64,000 nt of DNA from an uncultured Azospirillaceae bacterium (GTDB lineage: Bacteria > Pseudomonadota > Alphaproteobacteria > RF32 > CAG-239), in the NCBI GenBank assembly GCA_964655915.1, contig CAZZNV010000003.1:15299-79298 (forward strand), given 5' to 3'. Every line of letters starts with the position of its first letter. Position 1 is the stretch's first letter. Below are positions 57,659 to 64,000 of this stretch, piece after piece. Made by a program: the position numbers and the translations under genes. The notes below the pieces were generated by a model. The model searched no databases. It saw only the letters and a list, made by a program, of their open reading frames with translations, and had not been told where the DNA came from.

Positions 57659-57694
57659 AAAACCGCTTTGCCATAAACAAAGCGGTTTTCTTTA
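57659..57694 (+). terminator. Rho-independent terminator after thrS
   Basis: 12-bp perfect stem AAAACCGCTTTG/CAAAGCGGTTTT followed by CTTT. Confidence 0.75.
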
Positions 57695-57717
57695 TCGTGA
57701 TAAAATTTATAAACAAG

Positions 57718-57745
57718 AAAAGCGCCCTAACAGCGCTTTTTTTTC
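57718..57745. terminator. Second short GC hairpin with flanking A/T runs between convergent thrS and the clpB-distal ORF
   Basis: AAAGCGC-CCTAACA-GCGCTTTTTTTT. T-rich on both strands, immediately 3' of the minus-strand ORF's stop (57748). Confidence 0.5.
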
Positions 57746-57747
57746 GT

Positions 57748-58182
57748 TTATTTTTGAAATTGTTCCGCAAATTTTCGTTTATCAATCCCGTTAATGGTCT
57801 TTATCTTTTCATTAACCAGCATTGTCGGCAACTCCATTCCTAAAAACACACTCCGTTCATCAGCATTGTCGACAAAGGCCGTAATGTTACCGCTTGCCCC
57901 TTCAATCAAGCGTCTTGATGCCGTGCGCCATAAATAGGCCAACTCCTCATTACTCAATTTAGGGTGAGAATCCGTATCCAGCCCCATATCAATCATTTTT
58001 GCACCGCATGGTGTGTTGTCCAACATCACAAAACCTTTATTTTTCTGTAAAAAGGCCAAAGCGTCTTGTTTGTTCTTTTTAGTGGGTTGATAACTAACAC
58101 TGTAAACAACCAATGTATCGGGTTTGGTTGATACGTCAAACGTTTTGGCTACCATCAACACTTCATCATAAAAATCATCCAT
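57748..58182 (-). CDS. Small cytoplasmic protein with ADP-ribosyl cyclase/CD38-like motifs (putative NAD+ glycohydrolase/cyclase fold)
   Basis: The ATG is 2 nt after the clpB stop. Four colinear blocks resemble Aplysia cyclase/CD38 (from memory): LVVYSVSY, FVMLDNTPCG, LWRTASRR (W85/S89), VFLGMELPTM (E117). No signal peptide and no TM helix. Confidence 0.5.
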   Translation of the reverse strand: MDDFYDEVLMVAKTFDVSTKPDTLVVYSVSYQPTKKNKQDALAFLQKNKGFVMLDNTPCGAKMIDMGLDTDSHPKLSNEELAYLWRTASRRLIEGASGNITAFVDNADERSVFLGMELPTMLVNEKIKTINGIDKRKFAEQFQK

Positions 58183-58184
58183 TT

Positions 58185-60776
58185 TTATTTGCTCTTTCTG
58201 CTCTTCACAACCTCTAAGGCGTTGTTAGAAACGATAATATCTGCTATATCGCCATCACTAATTTCGCCATTTAAAATTTTTATCGCTAATTTATTCTCAA
58301 TTTGATTTTTTAGCAACCTTTTTAATGGTCTTGCTCCATAAAGCGGATCATAACCATTATTCACAATCCATGCGAATGCCGCCTCGTTTACATTCAGATG
58401 TATGTCTTTAGATGATAAACGTTTTTCTACGTTATTTATTTGAATTTGGGCTATATCCTTAATATTATTCTTATCTAACTTATGAAAGATTGTAATTTCA
58501 TCTATACGGTTTACGAACTCAGGCCTGAATGATGCTTTTACAATATCCATCACTTGAGCCCTAACTTTGCGACCATCGTCCAATCCGCTGGCGGTAGACA
58601 GGATTTCCGACCCCAGATTAGAGGTCATGATTATAATTGTATTTTTAAAATCTACCGTGCGCCCTTTTCCATCGGTTAAACGACCGTCATCTAAGACCTG
58701 AAGCAAGATATTAAATACATCAGGATGAGCTTTTTCAACCTCGTCAAACAAGATGACCTGATAGGGGCGACGACGAACAGACTCGGTTAAAAAACCTCCT
58801 TCCTCATATCCGACATACCCCGGAGGAGAACCGATTAAACGGGCAACCGCGTGCTTTTCCATATACTCCGACATATCTACTCGCAAAAGAGCGGTTTCGT
58901 CGTTGAACAAAAATTCAGCCAACGCTTTACTTAACTCCGTTTTTCCTACCCCTGTTGGCCCTAAGAACAGGAAGGAACCGATTGGTTGTTTGGCATCGGA
59001 AATTCCGGCACGAGAACGTCGCACAGCATCAGAAACGGCGGCTATGGCATCTTTTTGACCAATGACTCTTTTGCCTAAAAATTCCTCCATGTGCAGTAGC
59101 TTTTCTTTTTCACCTTCAAGCATTTTATCAACCGGAACACCTGTCCACTTAGACACAACAGAGGCTATACTTTCTTCTGTGACTGTGGCAGCTATCGTAT
59201 CTTTTCCAGCTGTTGTTTTTTCCTCCACCTGTTTAATTTTGCTTTCCAGCTGGGGAATAATACTGTACTGCAGTTCTCCGGCACGTTCAAAACGGCCCTC
59301 TCGTTTAGCTATTTCAACTTCTATTTTTGCCTTGTCCAAGCGCTCTTTCAGCCCCGTTAAATCTGACAAGCCTTGCTTATCCTCTCTCCACTTATCTCCC
59401 AGAGATTTTGCTTTAGCCTCAAGACCCGAGATTTCATATCCGATGAGCTCCAGACGCTCTTTTGACTTATCATCTGTTTCCTTTTTCAAGGCCTCACGTT
59501 CAATCTTTAATTGGAGAACCCTTCTGTCTAATTCATCAAGCTCTTCCGGTTTGGAATCGATTGCCATACGCAAGGAGCTGGCCGCCTCGTCCATTAAATC
59601 TATCGCCTTATCCGGCAAAAAACGATCTGTTATGTACCGATTAGACAGAGATGCCGCGGCTATAAGTGCTGAATCGGAAATACGTACGCCGTGATGAAGT
59701 TCAAACTTTTCCTTAATTCCTCGAAGTATGGAAATTGTTTCTTCCACGGTCGGCTCACCAACGTACACAGCCTGAAAACGTCTGGCCAAAGCAGCATCTT
59801 TCTCGACATATTTCTTATATTCGTTTAACGTTGTGGCACCCAGACAATGAAGCTCGCCTCGCGCTAACGCCGGCTTCAGAAGATTAGAAGCATCCATAGA
59901 ACCTTCGCCGGCTCCGGCTCCCACCAAAGTGTGCATTTCATCAATAAACAGTATTATCCCGCCTTCAGAGGCTTCAACGTCTTTTAGGACCGATTTCAAA
60001 CGCTCCTCAAATTCTCCCCGAAATTTTGCACCGGCAATCAAAGCGCCCATGTCCAGAGATAAAAGCTGTTTTCCACGCAGACTTTCCGGCACGTCATTAT
60101 TAACAATTCGCATGGCCAAACCTTCGACAATTGCCGTTTTTCCCACCCCCGGTTCACCGATAAGCACCGGATTATTTTTTGTGCGACGCGATAAAACTTG
60201 TATTGCGCGGCGAATCTCATGCTCTCTTCCGACAACGGGATCCAGTTTCCCTTCTTTGGCCTTTTGGGTAATATCAATCGCAAACTTCTTAAGAGCCTCA
60301 AAATTGTCTTCCGCACTTTCGTTATCTGCCGTGCGCCCTTTTCGATATTCATTAATTACTTCGTTTAGTTTTACAACATTAACTCCTGAAGAGGATAAAA
60401 TCTCATAAGCTTCTGTGCCGGCTGTCATTGCCAGCGCCTGAAAAACACGCTCAATTGTCACAAATTTATCGCTGGCTTTATCCGCTAATTTTTCGGCTTC
60501 CATCATCACCAAAGTAAAGTCTTGAGACATAACACTTTGTACTGAAGAACCTTCTACTTTGGGCAATTTGTTAAAAGCAGCATCCAACTTGCTTCTAACC
60601 TGCGTGAGACTGCCACCGCTTTTTAGGATAAGCCCTGAAATCATATCCTGAGGATTGTCCAACAATGCTTTCAGCAGGTGTAGCGGTGTGATGTATTGGT
60701 TTTGGTTGGCTGCCGCCAAATTAATCACGTCTTGGATTAATTCTTTGGATTTAGATGTTAATTTTTCAAAATTCAT
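58185..60776 (-). CDS. clpB: ATP-dependent chaperone/disaggregase ClpB
   Basis: Clp N-domain, AAA+ module 1 (GEPGVGKTA), long middle coiled-coil, AAA+ module 2 (GPTGVGKTE), ClpB C-terminal domain. Confidence 0.97.
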   Translation of the reverse strand: MNFEKLTSKSKELIQDVINLAAANQNQYITPLHLLKALLDNPQDMISGLILKSGGSLTQVRSKLDAAFNKLPKVEGSSVQSVMSQDFTLVMMEAEKLADKASDKFVTIERVFQALAMTAGTEAYEILSSSGVNVVKLNEVINEYRKGRTADNESAEDNFEALKKFAIDITQKAKEGKLDPVVGREHEIRRAIQVLSRRTKNNPVLIGEPGVGKTAIVEGLAMRIVNNDVPESLRGKQLLSLDMGALIAGAKFRGEFEERLKSVLKDVEASEGGIILFIDEMHTLVGAGAGEGSMDASNLLKPALARGELHCLGATTLNEYKKYVEKDAALARRFQAVYVGEPTVEETISILRGIKEKFELHHGVRISDSALIAAASLSNRYITDRFLPDKAIDLMDEAASSLRMAIDSKPEELDELDRRVLQLKIEREALKKETDDKSKERLELIGYEISGLEAKAKSLGDKWREDKQGLSDLTGLKERLDKAKIEVEIAKREGRFERAGELQYSIIPQLESKIKQVEEKTTAGKDTIAATVTEESIASVVSKWTGVPVDKMLEGEKEKLLHMEEFLGKRVIGQKDAIAAVSDAVRRSRAGISDAKQPIGSFLFLGPTGVGKTELSKALAEFLFNDETALLRVDMSEYMEKHAVARLIGSPPGYVGYEEGGFLTESVRRRPYQVILFDEVEKAHPDVFNILLQVLDDGRLTDGKGRTVDFKNTIIIMTSNLGSEILSTASGLDDGRKVRAQVMDIVKASFRPEFVNRIDEITIFHKLDKNNIKDIAQIQINNVEKRLSSKDIHLNVNEAAFAWIVNNGYDPLYGARPLKRLLKNQIENKLAIKILNGEISDGDIADIIVSNNALEVVKSRKSK

Positions 60777-60842
60777 CGTTTTACCTCTCTATCTTCTATA
60801 AATATAGGAAATAGAAACGGCAAAAATCAAGTTCTTTGAAAT

Positions 60843-62009
60843 TTATTTATTCGGAATCAAATTTATCAGCGTAATTTCAGAGGGAGAAAAAAGACGCATC
60901 ATTGGCCCCCATGTGCCAGCCCCTCTTGTTACATGCATATCAATTCCGTTTACTTTATAATCCCCGGCCAGATAACCGCAGTTGGCTTTTTTCATAAAGT
61001 AATGTATCGGAAAGAGCTGTCCGCCGTGCGTGTGTCCCGAGAGTATAAGGTTATAATTAAACGAAGTAAGCATGTCTGCTATGCTCGGGTTATACGACAA
61101 TAAAATACGGTAATTTTCTTTATCACCGCCTTTAAGAGCCTGTTCAAAATTCATCTTAAACGTTGGATGCGAATAAGCCGTATTAACATCGGGCACACCT
61201 GAAATAAAAACATTTAGGGGTTCTATCAATATTCCACGATTGAACAACATGTGAAACTTGAGTTGCCGCATTTTATAGCTCCATGAAGTTATACCCATGT
61301 AAAATTCATGGCTTCCCAAGACAGAATAAACACCATACGGCGCTTCTAATTCGTTCAATATATTCACTTTTTTATCAATCTTGATAAAAACGTCATCCAT
61401 TATATCTCCAGTTAGCACAACAATATCCGGTGATAATGAATTTACTTTTCTGACAATCTCTTGAATCCGTGCATCCGGAGTGGCTCTGGTAATATGGACA
61501 TCCCCCAACTGGACAATACGAACATTTCTTTTAACTAACGGGGTTCTAATATTCAGTTCGTGAACAATCGGCGCGCGCCACCCCTCATACAAAGCATAGC
61601 AAGAAATTAAGACTGAACAAAGTAAGACCCAGAGATTTGCCTTATTCAGTACATTTATGTTTTTAGGATTCAAAGTCCAACTGTTATGCCTTAAAAGGAC
61701 AGAGAGACCATAGATGACATACCACACGACATCTCGGCAAATCAACAACACCAAAAAGATAAGCATGCCACCGAACAATGTGTAGCCAAAATAAGAAATG
61801 ACATTAAACCATGTGGTACCTATCTCATAAATACCGGATAATCCGCTGATTATTAACGGAGAAAACCACCCCAAAACAATCAGGAACACAATCCAGATTC
61901 TTACGGAAAAACGAAAATTATTGTAACCTACAACCGTTTTTATCGTGATTGTTGCGCAAGAAAGCAGCAAAATCAATGTCGCTAAATAGAATAGCACCTT
62001 ACCCCCCAA
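60843..62009 (-). CDS. Membrane-anchored metallophosphoesterase (YaeI/YkuE-like)
   Basis: About 4-5 N-terminal TM helices, then calcineurin-like motifs LGDVH, TGDIMDD, GSHEF, GHTHGGQ. The start is uncertain: the track start is a TTG at 62009, and an alternative GTG lies at 61997. Confidence 0.8.
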   Translation of the reverse strand: MGGKVLFYLATLILLLSCATITIKTVVGYNNFRFSVRIWIVFLIVLGWFSPLIISGLSGIYEIGTTWFNVISYFGYTLFGGMLIFLVLLICRDVVWYVIYGLSVLLRHNSWTLNPKNINVLNKANLWVLLCSVLISCYALYEGWRAPIVHELNIRTPLVKRNVRIVQLGDVHITRATPDARIQEIVRKVNSLSPDIVVLTGDIMDDVFIKIDKKVNILNELEAPYGVYSVLGSHEFYMGITSWSYKMRQLKFHMLFNRGILIEPLNVFISGVPDVNTAYSHPTFKMNFEQALKGGDKENYRILLSYNPSIADMLTSFNYNLILSGHTHGGQLFPIHYFMKKANCGYLAGDYKVNGIDMHVTRGAGTWGPMMRLFSPSEITLINLIPNK

Positions 62010-62084
62010 TTACAGCATTTCTTAATACCAGAATAGCTGTGTATGGTTAATATATTATGAAATATTTTCTAAATACGGCTTTTT

Positions 62085-62600
62085 TTATAATGTAGCTGCC
62101 GCATCAATCTTCATTCTGGGGCGGCCGCGTCTTTTTACCTGTTTTTCTTCCGGTGCACTTTCAATATTTTCGGACTTAGCCTCTTTGGTTTCAGCCTTAA
62201 TTTCAATAACCTTAAACTCCCGCTTTACAGGGGTCGCCTCTGCATTTGCCATGGAAACATTTCCATCAACATTCTCCGGAATCTGTTCTGTCGTCGGAAC
62301 ATTTTCATTTTGCTCTTTCGGCTGGTTGGAAGTTGCACCTTGCGTTGCACTCTTTCGCTCATTTATTTCTGTAACAATTTTGCGGTAATGCTCAGCATAC
62401 TGACGAAAAACCTCTGCTTCCACATAGTTTCCGTTACCTTGTGCTTCCTTAGCCAGCTCATTGTAGCGCTTAATTAAATCAAGGGCCGTGCCGCTAACTT
62501 TTCCGGCTACGCTGATACTATCAAACTTATAGTTAAGCGAATATACCTGATTGTTGTAGTTGTTATAATTGTTGTTGCGAAATTTGTTATTTTTCTTCAT
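62085..62600 (-). CDS. DUF4167-domain protein
   Basis: N/Y-rich N-terminus followed by G.A..LI+RY..LA+EA...G+.V.AE...Q.AEHY.+, the DUF4167 core. It has a basic C-terminus and lies downstream of prmC, as is common in Alphaproteobacteria. Confidence 0.75.
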   Translation of the reverse strand: MKKNNKFRNNNYNNYNNQVYSLNYKFDSISVAGKVSGTALDLIKRYNELAKEAQGNGNYVEAEVFRQYAEHYRKIVTEINERKSATQGATSNQPKEQNENVPTTEQIPENVDGNVSMANAEATPVKREFKVIEIKAETKEAKSENIESAPEEKQVKRRGRPRMKIDAAATL

Positions 62601-62762
62601 TTACAATACCATACTTATTTCCTCGGCAAGCCGAAGAGTGTTAACGCTTAAAAAGCCCAAATAAAATATTTTGTTTTTATCGGAATAAAAGGCGACAAAC
62701 AAAAAAATTTAAAAAAGCCGCCGAACGCTTGTCATATTACATAAATAATATTTAATTGCAAA

Positions 62763-63620
62763 TTATTTTTTTAAGATTACACATCTTTCAATACCACCGA
62801 AATCTTTTACAATCTGAACCAAATTAAAGCCGTAAGAGCAAAATATTCTTGTTATCTCTTCGTATTGTCCTGCACCGGCTTCTAAAAACACCATGCCGTT
62901 ATCTCTCAAGAGTTTAGGCATAATTTCCGCCAAACGACGATAGCTCACCAGACCATCCTTCCCTCCGTCCAAAGCCTCTTGCGGGTCATACAAACTCACT
63001 TCTGCATCTAAACTTGCTATATCATCGCTTTTGATGTACGGAGGATTTGATACAACAACATCAAAAACCTCTCCCAGCTCGTTTACAAAACCATCAGAAA
63101 ACCAGCTATTCTGAATAAAACGCACCTGTTTCTCCGCTTTAAGACGCAGGGCATTGCGGCGAGCGATTTTCAATGCGGCATCAGAGATATCAACTCCCGT
63201 TCCTTGCAATTCCGGAAATTCGGCTAAAACGGATAATAATATACATCCTGAACCCGTGCCTAAGTCCAATATGTTTTTAACATCATGCACTCCAACGTAG
63301 TCAATAACCGCCTCAACCAGACGCTCGGTATCCGGCCTTGGAGACAGTACAGATTGCCCGACTTCAAAATCATATTTGTAAAAACCTTTTCGGCTTAAAA
63401 TTTTATCAACCGGCTTATGCTGAAGGCGTTGAAGTATCATTTTGCCGAAAATTTTTTTCTGCCCAACGGTCAGAGGTATTTTATAAAAAAGAACAGCATT
63501 ATCATCTACACCCAGAGTAGCTGCCATCAACAGGCGAACATCTTTTCTGACATCGGAAAAACCTGCTGCCTTAAGCTCTGCCTCGGCATTTTTCATTTCT
63601 TGTTCTATATCAGGATTCAT
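62763..63620 (-). CDS. prmC: Peptide chain release factor N5-glutamine methyltransferase
   Basis: SPRPDTE, SAM motif LDLGTGSGCI, catalytic VVSNPPYI. Start set at the ATG at 63620 after GGAG. Confidence 0.9.
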   Translation of the reverse strand: MNPDIEQEMKNAEAELKAAGFSDVRKDVRLLMAATLGVDDNAVLFYKIPLTVGQKKIFGKMILQRLQHKPVDKILSRKGFYKYDFEVGQSVLSPRPDTERLVEAVIDYVGVHDVKNILDLGTGSGCILLSVLAEFPELQGTGVDISDAALKIARRNALRLKAEKQVRFIQNSWFSDGFVNELGEVFDVVVSNPPYIKSDDIASLDAEVSLYDPQEALDGGKDGLVSYRRLAEIMPKLLRDNGMVFLEAGAGQYEEITRIFCSYGFNLVQIVKDFGGIERCVILKK

Positions 63621-63680
63621 AATGCCACTCCGTAATAAAAAAACAAAAAGCACCTCCCCGATGCTTGTCTTAAAATGAAA

Positions 63681-63887
63681 TTATGAGCGGCTGTACACTT
63701 CATGAGGACGTTCAGGCAACTCAAGTGATTGCTCGCTGGTGTCTTCATTTTTCAACCAAACAACTCTTTTGAGACGATCGTTCATACGACTTTCGAAAGC
63801 ATCAGCATCCAGCCCCATTAACTTCTTTTCTTGCATTGTTAACAGAGGCATAAAGCAGGCTTTTGTATGTGTCTCAACAGTTTCCAT
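63681..63887 (-). CDS. Hypothetical small protein (68 aa)
   Basis: The ATG at 63887 is preceded by GGAAGGA. The longer track ORF would overlap the sigma-factor gene's end. No family recognised. Confidence 0.4.
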   Translation of the reverse strand: METVETHTKACFMPLLTMQEKKLMGLDADAFESRMNDRLKRVVWLKNEDTSEQSLELPERPHEVYSRS

Positions 63888-63915
63888 GGTTTTCCTTCCA
63901 GTGTGTTCTATTATA

Positions 63916-64000
63916 CTAACACGTTTTTTCTTTAATTTCAAGCAAAACCAAGTTTTTTAGCTTTTCGAAGGCTATTTTTTCTATTTGACGGACACGCTCC
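63916..64000 (-). CDS. Sigma-70 family sigma factor, C-terminal 27 codons only (RpoH-like region 4.2)
   Basis: Reverse translation from the right edge gives ERVRQIEKIAFEKLKNLVLLEIKEKTC-stop. ERVRQIE..A..KL is the region 4.2 helix-turn-helix signature, closest to RpoH-type endings. Confidence 0.55.
   Translation of the reverse strand, partial: ERVRQIEKIAFEKLKNLVLLEIKEKTC

Noticed and set aside
59062-59694. A 210-aa plus-strand ORF, and many similar ORFs elsewhere in the track (for example 33934-34410, 55436-55894, 55854-56363, 2221-2783, 36313-36695, 50189-50542).
   Set aside because: All lie antisense to, or out of frame within, genes that have strong full-length family matches (clpB, dnaE, thrS, secD, malQ, the RND pump). 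They have low-complexity, S/R/L/F-rich compositions typical of shadow ORFs. There is no independent support.

Overview
This is a densely coding, moderately AT-rich stretch of bacterial chromosome, mostly housekeeping genes. I saw no rRNA, CRISPR array, IS element, integrase or prophage genes. Gene content and local synteny suggest a Proteobacterium, most likely an alphaproteobacterium. The pointers are a DUF4167 gene next to prmC, a FlaF regulator, a PhoB closely resembling E. coli PhoB, yfgM-bamB-der and yajC-secD-secF. This placement is inference only.

Recognisable blocks, left to right:
- sufB (5' end only), nlpD-like, yajC-secD-secF, an MsbA-like ABC exporter
- dtd, tgt plus a LOG-family nucleosidase, phoB, rpe, a ferritin-like gene, class II fba
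- SemiSWEET, tkt, an RNA methyltransferase, a GGDEF cyclase
- yfgM-like, bamB, der
- dnaE
- malQ, glgX, glgB
- tRNA-Leu(CAA), galE, flaF, a GST
- an RND efflux operon (adaptor, pump, outer-membrane factor), a GT4 glycosyltransferase, thrS
- clpB, a metallophosphoesterase, DUF4167, prmC, and the 3' end of an rpoH-like sigma gene

Standard code 11 fits: there are long intact ORFs and TGA is used as a stop in ATGA overlaps.

The most unusual items are small uncharacterised genes welded to core genes:
1. A 144-aa ORF starts 2 nt after the clpB stop. Its motifs line up with ADP-ribosyl cyclase/CD38.
2. A LOG-type nucleotide N-glycosidase with a long helical tail starts 1 nt after the tgt stop. Here tgt has been separated from yajC-secDF.
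3. A single-domain DEAD-box-like protein with degenerate motifs sits upstream of dnaE.
4. Two paralogous polytopic membrane proteins are translationally coupled to the end of dnaE.
5. A translationally coupled pair of envelope proteins carries LpoB-like modules.
6. A membrane protein is built from two 2TM-plus-PH-like modules.
7. An apparent operon joins a diguanylate cyclase, an RNA methyltransferase, a Cys-tailed lipoprotein, tkt and a SemiSWEET.

All homology statements come from reading the translations and from memory of family motifs. None has been verified by a search.
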